Source of the DNA: Piromyces finnis finn
Lineage: Eukaryota > Fungi > Neocallimastigomycota
Length of the DNA stretch: 64,000 nt
Direction of reading: 5' to 3'
Assembly: GCA_002104945.1 (NCBI GenBank)
Contig: MCFH01000020.1
Span: 620,001-684,000 of the forward strand
Of this stretch, positions 48,101 to 60,813 are shown one piece after another. The number at the start of each line of letters is the position of its first letter. Within the stretch, counting starts at the first letter, position 1. The notes under the pieces are model-generated. The model made no database searches, was not told the origin of the DNA, and saw only the letters and a program-made list of their open reading frames with translations. The position numbers and the translations under genes were made by a program.

Positions 48101-48330
48101 AATCTCTTTGAATTAAATATAGTCTGTTTAGTATATTTATAGGCTTGAATTTTCGCTTCATAACCAACTAATGCACTACCATCTTTGTCATATCTTACTA
48201 CAGATGGTTTGTTTTCTTTTGCCATACCTTTTGTTTTTACTAATTGAACAATATCATTTTCATAAATTGAGGAACTCGAAAAACATGTTCCCAAATCTAT
48301 ACCCGCATATATTATTTTTTCATTACTCAT
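45050..48330 (-). CDS. Atypical Hsp70 (NBD + SBD-beta) fused to C-terminal leucine-rich repeats; 8 exons, about 872 aa
   Basis: Exon 1 (48330-46136) has GIDLGT, SKRLIG, ITVPAYF, NEPSAA, DIGGGTTD, GDTFLGGED, VGGSSNIP and an SBD-beta. A GTAAGT donor at 46135 is followed by exons 46029-45997, 45910-45839, 45747-45676, 45592-45521, 45437-45366, 45261-45208 and 45098-45050. All are GT-AG and phase 2, and the frame stays open to TAA at 45052-45050. Confidence 0.85.
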
Positions 48331-48987
48331 TTGTAATAATGTTTATAATATAAATTTTTTTTACTATATATAACTTTTGTTCTAAAGATTTTTATTTATA
48401 TTTTTATTGATATATATCAAAAAATTAAATAAAAATATACAGTATTTTATTCTTTTTATATTTTTATTATAAAATCTATTATATAATATATAATATTTTG
48501 AAAATTTTGACTTAAAGTATCACCTTAACCTTATAAATATTATGAATATAAAAATAATATAAAAATAAAATAAATAAAAATTAAAAAATGAATGAGATAA
48601 AAATTTACGAATAAAACAACATATATATATATTATTTAATTTATACATCAAATAAAAATTTTAAATAATATAAAATAAAATAATGAGCTTTTTAATAGTT
48701 AATAATCAAAGTTTTTATTTAGGTAACTTTAATTTTAAAAAAAAAATCAAAACTTCAATCATTACATTTTATATTTTTGTGATATATATATATACTATAT
48801 AATAACAAGTATTTTTATATAAATATTTTTGACACATTATTAGTTTCATTTCTATAATTTAAAAAAAAAAAGAAGTATTTTTAACTATATTCATCTATGT
48901 ACAATTGGTATAATTCATATTTTTTTATTCATATATAAAAATATACCCATTTCATAAAGTTTTCATTAAAGTTTAATATTTATATCA
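48331..48987. promoter_or_regulatory. Putative bidirectional promoter between the two Hsp70-fold genes
   Basis: 657-bp AT-rich spacer between two divergent start codons. No specific motif was identified; the function is inferred from the geometry. Confidence 0.45.
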
Positions 48988-50870
48988 ATGGATCCATTAT
49001 ATGAAAAAATAAAAAAATCAATTACTTTTGTAGCAATTGATATTGGTTCTTATTCAACAAAATCATTATCAAGTCATTCACCCCTTAATAAAACTTTTGA
49101 AAATCAAATCGATTCCGCAACAAGATATCAATTATATGATATTCCTTCCAACAATATTTATGTTAAAAATTATAATAAAGATGAAGAGCAAACCAATAAA
49201 ACCGACAGTAATACCGTAATTAGTAAAAGAGATGAAATTATTAAATATGATTATTTAAATATACGTCCTAAATGCTTAATTGATAAAATAAAACTCTACA
49301 ATGTTAATTATAGTAATACACCACAGTACTATGATAAAATAGAAAATGATGAAATTTGTACAAATGGTATTTGTATTGACAATAATTCAGGATTCATAGG
49401 ATATAAAATAAAACCACCAAATCAGAAAAATACTTATTTTATTTCATATAACTATCATTTACAAAGATATATTGACCTTTACATGAATGAATTGCTAGAA
49501 AAAATGAATCCTCAAAACCAAAATAAAAAAATAATTTTAATATTTACCATCCCCCTATTTGAAAATGATGCTAATAAAGCAACAAAAGATGAATCATATA
49601 AATATTTTCATAATCTTAATAAAAAAAGATATATTGATAGTATTAATAAAGGTATATCTAAATATAAAAATGTTATTGCAGGTGTAGTATATGTTACTGA
49701 AATAGAAAGTTTAATACAACATTGGAAAAATAATTTTGAATATCAAATGCTATCTTTACAAAATTATTGTTCAAAGCCTGAACAAAAATCTATTCCAGAT
49801 TATCAGAAAAAAGTATTATTTTTAGATTTTGGATGTTATCATAGTAAATTCTATCTTACACAACTCTCATCAAATACTCTTCATAGAGGTACCAATAAAG
49901 AAAATAAAATTGATGATAATATCATTTTGGAATGGGACATTTTAAATATTTCTGGTGAACAAATTAATAATGATATTATTCAATTATTACTAAAGAAGTA
50001 TCCAGATATTAAAAAAAGTTATAGTAAAGCCTTGGGCAAATATAAGATTTGGAGAACAGTAGATCAGGAAATTAAACGTGCTTTCACTAATCCAAATGTA
50101 AAAGACTTTTCATGTGAAATTTTAAATGCTGGTGATTATTATGATTTAATGATTAATCGAGCCGAAATTAATGATATATTAAATCCATATTACCAACTAT
50201 TAATAAATAAAATAGAAGAACTTTTAATAAAATATAGTATAGAACAAAAGTAAGAAAAAACATAGAATAATTTATTATGAATTAACCTATTTATTTATTG
50301 TTAAATATTAACAAAATAATTCTACATTTAATATTATTTAATGTAATATTATAACATTCTTTTAATATATACAATATATTATATTATAGTGAATTGGAAG
50401 TATGCATTTGTGGTGATGGTGCTTTAATATTTGAAAATTATATAATGAATACTTTAAATTCAAACCCAATAATAAAAAATAATATTCATTCAGTAACATG
50501 GAATAAAGTTAATACTCTTCATGGTAGTTTATTAAAATTACATGAAAATATTAATAAATTTGTTACAACAATTAGAAAAAGAAGAATTAGTACTCTCTCA
50601 GAAAAACGAAGTATATCTAAAATTTTATATAATCAACATTCTTTTGATGCTATTATTAGTATGGAAAGTAACTTAAAGCAAATTCTTCATCCTTCTCAAA
50701 AAATAGAATTTGGTTTTAACTCAAATTATAATACTTCCCAAAACAAACTTACTGATAAGGGAAAATTAAAAGCAGTATCGGATAGTTCTATATCGGAATA
50801 TACTACTGATGATATTATTAATTTTAAAGATATAAATGATGTTATTAATTATTTGAATACAACTATATGA
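48988..50870 (+). CDS. Highly degenerate Hsp70/actin-fold protein (probable pseudo-ATPase); 2 exons, about 580 aa
   Basis: Exons 48988-50249 and 50390-50870 join in frame (GTAAG...TAG). Hsp70 motifs appear in the correct order: VAIDIGSYS, LIFTIP, VTEIESLI, VLFLDFG, NISGEQIN, EIKRAFT...INRAEINDI, VCICGDG. Confidence 0.75.
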
Positions 50871-51156
50871 TTAAATTAGTTGTATTCAAAACCATTATAT
50901 TATGCATATATATATATATTAATAAAAAATTATATACTTTAAGTCTGTTTATTTTAAGTATTTATATATTAAAAAATTAAAAATCGATATAATTTAAAAA
51001 AAAGTTTTTAATTTATAAGCTAGATTTATTTTATTTTATTTTTTTTTTTTTTTTGAGTTTTAATGTTGAAATATTATATATCTTAACTTAAAATATTATT
51101 ACTCTAATTTTTAATAAATAAAATAAAAGATTTTTAATAGTATTATGTTTATGTAT

Positions 51157-51552
51157 TTACATTACAAAATCTACAATTGCTTTTTCATCTATAAGTTTTA
51201 ATTTCCCACTTTCATCTTCCCTTATAAATATTTTATAGCAAAATTTATATATTTCAATATATTTTTTTAAAATAACTGAATAATTTTCTACTTTTTTCAT
51301 TACACATTCACATTTGAAAGATTTATGAATGATACATTTCTCACTTAAAGGACTTAAAAAATAAGCATATATATTGCATCCCTCTTTATGAGAAATATTA
51401 TTTATAATATTAAATAAAAACATTATCAATATAAACCAATAAGCTATATTATTAAATACAAAATTAAATATAACTTGAGAATATCTCATGTCTCCTAAGA
51501 AATAAAATCCTATTATCTAAAAATGTAAAAAAAATAATTATATATATTATAT

Positions 51553-51587
<35 letters not shown>

Positions 51588-54500
51588 AATTAATATTTCT
51601 ATCTTTTTTTTTATTATTTATACATATACTTATTTATTACATTTATAATCGGTCCAAAGATAATACCAATAAAAGAAGAGGTTATGATATGTTGTACAAT
51701 TCTAAATATTAGTCTATAATTGTATATATGTATTCCTTTATAAACAGTCAATGTAAAAACAATCAATTCTAATAAGCTTAAAAAAAGATCATAATCCTCT
51801 GTTATACATTTATATGTCCAATAACCTTCATCTTTCTGAAAAATAATATTGTTTTCACTCCTACTATTTCTAAAATATGCAAATATTGAAATTAATGTAA
51901 GAGCAGCAACAAAAATTAAATATAAAAAAATCGTTTCTATAAAAAATGAGTGAGCATCGTCAATTGTAATAATTAAAAATTCATTTTTCATGCTTTCTTC
52001 CTTAGCTACTGATGAAACTGAAATGGAACTTTTTGACTTTACATATCTGATAATATTTTTTACACTTCCATTAACCCCTGTTATATGAGAAGCCCTATTT
52101 TTTTTTTTACTGTTAATTATATTTACTAGTATATCACTTTCTATGTTTTTATTATATTCGCTTGAATTTTCATTTTGTAATTTTGCTAATGATGAATTAT
52201 TTAGTGAATGTAATAAAGCATTTTCTCTGTTTAATATTGCATTTTCATCAATTAATGAATTTAGCATTATCCCAAGACTTGCTCTTTCTAATTCTTCTTG
52301 GTCTTGATTTTTAAACTCAACTCCCAATATCATACTTAAAGAAACAATCGTATAAATAATAAATACCATAATACCAATTCCAAAATGTTTGAAACAAAAA
52401 TAAAGCATCCATTGAATGTAATTGGTATAAGTAATAAAATAATTACTTATAAAATATGTTATTATTCCAACAATAAAAATAAGGATTTTAAAAATACCTA
52501 TATCATCAATAATTTGTTTATCCCGATTAATAATAATATATGCCGTAAATAATACTACAATGAAAATGCTTATACTTTCAAACAAAACTATTATCTTATT
52601 TAATTTACTATTTTTAAAATGAATATACAAAATTTATCAAATAAAAAAGCTAGTTATTAGATATTTCATGGTTAAATATGATTGTTATAATTATATAAAA
52701 GTTTTTTTTTTTTTTTTTTCAAATTATTCTAAATATAATTTACCCAAAATTAACTAATTTTTTCTTTTCACAATATTCGCCTTCCCATCCTGAAAGACAT
52801 TCACATATATTATTTTCTTTATTATTTACAAATTCATTAATATATGGTCTACATATAGCTGTCGATGAAATAGGACAGGTATCTTTACAAACAGGTATTT
52901 CACAAGACAAAATTCCATTCTTATACATTTTAATTTGGTATTTGTCACATGCTAAAATATTGATTCTAATTGGATCAAATTTCATCATTATTTCTCCATC
53001 GTAATTTTTAACTTTTACTTCTAATATATAATTGTTTGGTTTTCCAAAAATTTGTAATTCACTTAGTTCACATACACCTTAAAAAGCCAAGATGAATAAT
53101 AAAAAATTAAAACTAATGATATTTGTTAAGATTTCTATTGTATTTATATATTTTATATTTTTACCTTTTGTAAAATAGCATTCATTCCCTTTAACCATTG
53201 TGACTTTTTCATCATCATTATCTTGATACCCCTGGCTATTTATTTCTACTAAATCCAGATTTAAGCTTAACATGGAATAATATTTTATTATGTCATTATA
53301 TAATTGATCAAATTCATCATATAATGTAAAAATTAAAGGTAAATAATCTCCTGGTCTTAATTCTTTATTTTTAATATCTAATTTTTTATTTAGTGTTATA
53401 TATGATGGTTTTGAAGCATAATCATTTATATAACCACTTATTGTATTATTTCCTATTTCAAATGAATTAATATCAAATAAATTCTTATTTATTGAAAATG
53501 GTGAATAAATACCACCGCCAATGATTCCTGCACTATTATATATAATACTATTATTTTCAGTTTTTGCTAAATATAAATTACTATACTCTGAGTATATAGC
53601 CCCTCCAAAATTCTCAACAACATTATTTCTAAATATATTATTTTTAATTTGAATATTACTTAAATTATTACTGATAGTATTGTTGCTATCCTTTAAATAT
53701 AATGCACCTCCATTAAGTGATTTATTATCACTAAATATATTTGAAATAAGATTAAGATCCATTGAAACGATTTCATCAATACAGCTTATATTAATAATAT
53801 TTATATATGAATTAATTAATTAATTAATTAATTAATTAATATATTCTTTTGTTATTGTACTTGGTTATTTAAAATAATAATTAAATAATTACATTGCACC
53901 ACCATTACTTTGACAATGATTATTTGAAAATTCGGAATTTTCTATTGACAATAATAAATTGTTACTAAAATGAATACTACCACATTCCAATTTATTTAAA
54001 TTTCTATTTTCATTGAAATTTGAATTGGAAATCGATATTATTGACTATATATGTATATAAAGAGTATTAAATAATTAGATCATTCAATTTTTGGTATAAA
54101 ATCAAAAATAATATAATATATATTTTTTCGGCTTATTACTTTTGTGGATAAATCTTTAATAATTGAACCATATGATCTTACGCTTTTTATATTTACATTA
54201 TTCATATTAATTTCACTTATATCACCTTTTATTTTTATAAAGGGTCCATTTGATATACTATTTTTAATTGAAACATTATTAATATTTATAGTTTTTTTGT
54301 CCTCTCCTGAATCATATAATAAAAATGATGTTCTATCAGTGTCACCAACACATTGAATATTTTCTACTTCCATATTTTCAATATTTACATTATTTTGAAA
54401 AAATTGAAATACAGCTATGTAATTAGTTGTAATGTCTGTTAATTTAATTTTATTCAAAGAATAAAATGAATCTTCTTTAAATAAACTACTGGATAAACTG

Positions 54501-55017
54501 TTCAAAATAAAAAAAAAAGAAATGAAAAAAAAAAAAAAAAAAATAGTTATTTTTAAATACCAAATTATAATGATCATATCACAGCCATAAATTATCACAT
54601 TTTCTTTGACATTGATTGTATTTAATAAAAAAAATATATACCTTAAATTAAAAAATTGGGTATTTGATATTATAAATCTCGAACCTTTTGAATCTGATAT
54701 TGCTGGTAATGAGTTTTTATATATTGTATCTTTAAAAATAGAATCTTCGATAATAATTTTATTGTAATCACCGTGAAATATTGATATTGAATCTTTAACA
54801 ATTAACAATTAATATTAAATTAGATATTAAAAATATTAAATATATATTATATATATGAATATAGAATTATTTACTTTACCTTGAAATGTATTATTTTTAA
54901 AATAAATTGTTTGATCTTTATATAAACTTTCTTTATTTTTTAAATGAAATAGATATCCTGTTGCGGATTTACAATTTAAAAATGATGTGTTTTCTACTCT
55001 ATTTATTTATTTTTTTC

Positions 55018-55049
<32 letters not shown>

Positions 55050-56193
55050 TATTAAAGGTCAAATTAAATATACTATATAAAAAGCTTTCTATATATAATA
55101 AATTTTCTTTTTTATTTCATCTACCGTAAATTTAGATTTTCACCATTAATTAAAGGGTATAAACTTTCTATTTTAATATCCTCGAATTTTGAATTATTAA
55201 TAAAAACATCATCATGAGAATTAAAATTACCAATAAATACTACTTCATGGTTATCCATTGAATTTTTTTCTACTTCATTAAAATAGCCTATTAAGATATG
55301 ATTGATTATATAATATTAAAGATATTTTACCCGATTAAAAAAATATTATGATACTATGAATAATATTTCTTTTAATTTAAAAATATTATATAATTTACAA
55401 TTATTAATTTCTAGACGACCATATTGTAATACAAATAATCCTTTATTATTTATAAATGTACTATTATTTATTTGAATATATAATGTTTTATATAAATCCT
55501 CACTATAATTAATGACATAACGAATTTCTTTTAAAACACCTTCTATATTATTACTACATCACATTAATTAAAATATGTATACATAAAAAAATTTTACATT
55601 TTATTAAATTTTTATTTTTATATATTCACACAAAAAGAAAATAAATTAACTTACTAAAAATTACAATTATTAATAATGACAGAAGGATGAGTATGCGTCC
55701 ATTTATTTATTGCAGTATCTATTCTTATTACTCTGTAATAATTATTCTGAAAAGTGCAATTATTCAATATAAAATAGTAATTATCTGAATATACATTTAT
55801 TATCATCATTTCAACATCATAGAGACCAGTTGAACTATAGTTTTCAAAAATAATGTTTTCTATTTTTACAGTATATCCCCTACTAGGATAGGAAAAAATG
55901 AGTCGTCCTCTCGGAACTTTTCCAAAATCAAATATAGTTCCATTGGTATTCCCTATAAATGTGATGTTTGATTGAACTGTGATATCTATTGTACTTGAGA
56001 ATGAAGAAAAATCATAGAAATCATCTATAAATCTTATTACTAATTCTCCATTACTTTGAATCCCATTAACAAAATCTTTTATATTATTAAAATTTGTATC
56101 ATTGAATTTTACTTTATATTCAATAGCGTATGCTTTCGACACAAAAAAATAAATGAATAATATAATAAATAAAATGTCTTTACATTTAAACAT
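51157..56193 (-). CDS. Large membrane receptor: signal peptide, pectin-lyase-like/Pmp-type beta-helix ectodomain, EGF-like module, 7TM (class C GPCR-like); multi-exon
   Basis: Signal peptide MFKCKDILFIILFIYFFVSKAYA; FxxN/GGA(I/L) repeats (FSDNKSLNGGALY, FRNNVVENFGGAIY, AGIIGGGIY); CECLSGWEGEYC; six hydrophobic helices in 51614-52630 plus one in 51157-51489. Confidence 0.78.
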
Positions 56194-56810
56194 TGTTTCT
56201 TTTTTAATTACTTTACCAACTTCTTTATTTTTTTTTATATATTATTATTATTATTATTTTAAAGAATATATTATAATTTTTTATTATAATTATTTTATGA
56301 AAGAAAGGATATATTATTTAATTTCTCCAATTCAATTTTATTAATTATTTGTAATTTTATCACATTTTTCATTTATTCCTTTACCTAGTATAGTAAAGAA
56401 AAGGTCATTTAATTTAGTTTAAAAAAAACCTACATATGTAAAAGTAAAAATAAATTTTTTAAATATTTTAATTTTAGTATTTTTAAAATCTTGATATAAA
56501 TTATAATAAAAAAAAAAAAAAAAGGGTTTAATTATGAAAAAATAATAGAAATAAAATTTATTAAATTTAAATAAAACTAAAAACTATTTTAATTTTAAAA
56601 TTTAAAACATAATTAAAATTTATAGATTTTTGGTAAAAAATTTAATTTTATTTTTCAAAAGTTAAATTAATACATGAATATATTACAATATATATCTTTA
56701 TAAAATATTGATAAAAAGAATATATTTTTTGTAAGTTTATTATATATAAATTACTTCTAATATTCAATTTAAAAAAAAAAAATATTTATGGTATTTGTTT
56801 CATATATTCT

Positions 56811-58552
56811 TTATTCCTTTTTTACTAAAGAATTGTAATGTTCTCCAAGACCAAATGAATGTAAATGATATCTTTAATGTATATTTTATTTATTAAATAG
56901 TATTATTAGTATTATTATTTTTGAAAAAATCTTATAAATTATTTAATATTAAAAATATAAATTGAGTGAAAAATAACAAAATCTTACGAAATAAACAATT
57001 TTTCTTTATCGAAATTTGTTCCTATTTCAATTGGAGATGATTCAGCTTGTATAATAGTAATTGGATATTCCAAAGCTTGTGAAATAGCTTGTGTCTGTTA
57101 TTAACATATTAATTTAATAAAAATATAAGAATTTTATAATTTTGTAAAAGATAATTATTTTCGATTAAACTTTAAAGTATATTACTTCTAATTGACCACC
57201 CCAGAGAGAAGTAAATTCAACATCATCGCAGTATCGTTGATATTCAGCTTATATTAAAATATATTTATATACAATTCAATAAAAATTTTTATAATAAATA
57301 TTAATATTTTAATTTAAAAAATAAAAATATACTACCTTCTGTGTATAATTCACCATTTGAATTTAATAAAAATGGATAAAAATCGTCGTAATGATTTCTC
57401 ATGTAATCTGCAGCAACTCTTCTTAAATCTTTGTAGCTATACTATATAAATAATTATACATGAAATTATCAATATCAATATCAGTAATAATATATAATTT
57501 TCGTATATAATAATATGTAAAAATTTACTTCTTCTCCAACTAAAGATAATTGATGTGAAATTGAACTATATAAACTATTTGTTCAAATTTATTTTATATT
57601 ATATATTTTAAAGGAATATTTTGGAATTACGAAGAATAGTTTTTAGATTTTTTGATGCATTGAAAATAAAAAAAAAAGGAAATATTCATATTTAATATAT
57701 ACCAATGTCCATCAGCTATAATCTTTTATTAAATAAAATATGTAAACACGTTTTAATATAGAAAATTATTATTAATAATTAAATTTTAATTCCTAGTAAT
57801 GTTTTTAAAAAATATTTACTTCATGAATTTCTAAACCTAAATCATCCAATTTCTTTTGGAATGCTTCATCTTCGACTTGTCTTGTGTTAACCATATTCTT
57901 TGCTTCTTCTTCTGCTTCTTTTTGCATTGCTAATAATTTTGCTGCTTTTCTTTCCTTTTATACATTTATATATATATTATATTTCATTTTATATATATTA
58001 TATATTTAAAATATCAATAGCCTTATGTTTAATATTTTGAATTAAAAATAAAATATTAACTATAATAAATGAATAAAAACGATTTATACTTTTCTTAACT
58101 TTTGTCTATTTGGCTTTTTTTGTTTTTGTTGTGGTATTGGGAAAGTATTGGTTTTAACATCACTCTTGTATTTTTTTATATTAAAATTTGAGATTTGTAA
58201 AGTATTAATTAAAAATAATTTTTTTTATTGTACTTGAGTATTTATTATTATTATTATTATTATGCTATTAAAAGCACCATAATATACATACTTTAACATT
58301 ATCTTCTGATTCTGCATCAACATTATTTTTATTAACTTCATTACTTTCAACATTTGATTCTGAAGTATTGTTTGCAATAAATTCATCATATTCTTTTTGA
58401 TGTCTTTCCTTAATTTCAGCTTCCATTGCTTGAATTTCTTGTTGAACTTCCTTCTTTCTTTTCTTATTACCATTTACTGATTTTTTTAATTGCATTATTT
58501 TTGATTGCATATCTTTTAATTCTTTCTTTTGCCGTGCTTTTAATTCTTCCAT
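56811..58552 (-). CDS. OTU2: OTU-domain deubiquitinase OTU2/OTUD6B, multi-exon
   Basis: MEELKARQKKELKDMQSKI N-terminus; ADGHCLY; LRRVAADYMRNHYDDFYPF; WGGQLEIQAISQAL; YHLHSFGLGEHYNSL. Confidence 0.92.
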
Positions 58553-59265
58553 TTTGAATAATGAATAAAAAACTGAAAAATAAAAATATTATAAATAATA
58601 ATTATTTAATTTATCTGAAATATATTTTGTATTTTTTTTTATTTTATTTATTTTATATATGGATTATACATTTATCTATTTTAAGAAAATATGTTTAATA
58701 TCATATGATATTATCGTGATTTAATTAAATAATAAAAAAAATAAATAAATATTCATTTGACCTAATGTTCAAATTATATAAAATATGTTATTAACTTTAC
58801 TTCATTTTAATATTTTCACCCTTATGGTACACTAACTTTTTAGAATTAATATTAATTAAACTTTTGAAATATAAAAGAAGTCTATAATTAATTGGACAAT
58901 TCATTAATAAATTATAATAATAAAGTTATTTATATCTACTTTTTCTATTTTATATGGTTAATTATTTCTGTTATGTTATAATTAATATAATTTTTTTATT
59001 AAAATATTTGGATAGCTTCTGAAAATATTTTTTGTTAGTTTTTAATTTAATATATTTTAAGGAAGTACTTATTGCTCGTTTGCTTGATTTAATTGTTATT
59101 AAAAGAAAAAAGTCAAAATAATAATAATAATAAAAAAAAGAAAAAAAAAAGAAGGAAAAGTATGTATAAAAATGAAAAAATAAAAAAGATATGATTAAAT
59201 ATTTAACTCAATATAGTAATCTATAATAGTTTTCAATTAAAAAACAATTATTTTAATATTTTAAA

Positions 59266-60813
59266 ATGTCAACTAATAATCTAGAGGTAATAATATCCAC
59301 TTTCAAAAAATAAGAAAAACATTATTATTTTAATAGAGATTATCATGAACTAAACTAGTATTTTTATTTTAAATATATTATATAATTTTTATTTATAATC
59401 CTTATAATATAACTTTATTAGAACTCTAGTAATTTTGTATCATTACATGAATTAACTGTTAGTGAAGGAAGGTTAGCTTGATATAAATTTTATTTACCAA
59501 ACTTTATCCTATTATTATAATGAAAAGTTAAAATATTTAAATAACACTTTTTTTAAAAAAAATCCAAATAATATAAATACATTACATTATATAATATCGT
59601 ATATATGTTAATAAAAGAAATGAACCATCGATATCATATTCGATAGAAGAAAATCATAATTACATCAGTCGAAATTCTTCTCAAAATAATATAGACTTAC
59701 CAAGAAGTAGTGAAAGAGATAATCATAGTAAATTATTCCAATTTATTTTTAAGAAATTTAATAATAAGAAAACAAGTACGGTAAAATATGCTAAATTAGA
59801 GAATATACAACAACCAGAAATACAAGCGTCATCTGTTTTATATAATGATGAAGCAACAAGTAGTAATAAAGATCCTGCAAATAATATTAATAATGACAAT
59901 AGTAATAATATCAATAGAGAATCTACTCAAACACAAATAGTTATTAATATTAATACACGTGATGGTGTATTCTCGAATCTTAATGCAAAACCTGAAGTTC
60001 GATCCTCCAGACTTCCAGTACGTTTACTAACATTTAATAATATATTAATAAGTTATATAATAAGAATATAAATGTATTCTCAATTTCTATTTAAATTCAT
60101 TATATAAAAGAAATTTTAAATTATAGTAAATATCTTAAAATTTTTTTCTACCCTTTATTAATATTAAAAGAAATTTTTTTTTATAAAATAATGTAATTTA
60201 CTAATAAAATATAGACATACTTTGAAGTTACCGGGGATTATGCAAATGAACTAGATGATCCAAATATTGAGGTATCTATTGGTCAAGATTTTGAAGATTA
60301 TGGTGAATTATTAGTTAATGGTTTACAAGTTGGATCATGGTATGGATATTGGGGAACTATACTAGTTTCTGCTGTATTTGAATTTATTGGTTTTATATTT
60401 ACTTTTTTCTTGACATCATCACATAGTTCAAAGGTAAACTGAAAATTAAAAAAAAAAAAAGATCGAATATTATTTTATTTTTAACTTTTGTTTGTAATTA
60501 ATAATTAATCAATAGAATGGATCTGTATCCGGATTGGGTATAATTCTATTTAAGTATGGTAAAAAAAAATAAATGATGGTTTATTATAAAAATAATAAAA
60601 AGAAAAAGAAAAAATATAATACAAAATCACTAATCTTTTCTATTATATATACTAGCTATATGCAATTTTCCAATATATGATACATGGTTTATATTTTTTC
60701 TATATATTTTAGGAGTTTTATTATGTATAAAGGGATTTCTTGATTATAAAAAAATTAAAAGAATTGAAAAGATAGTGAATAGTGACCCAGAAAGATATCT
60801 AGAATCTCAATGA
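59266..60813 (+). CDS. BSD2: Bsd2/NDFIP-like Rsp5 adaptor membrane protein, multi-exon
   Basis: DGVFSNLNAKP, VNGLQVGS, FEFIGFIFTFFLTSSHSSKNGSVSGLGIIL match the Bsd2 family. The first two exons (59266, 59422) are inferred from in-frame GT-AG junctions. Confidence 0.82.

Noticed and set aside
46132-48330. Annotation as an ordinary cytosolic Hsp70 ending at 46132
   Set aside because: The stop codon overlaps a consensus GTAAGT donor, seven downstream exons continue the frame, and there is no canonical lid or EEVD.
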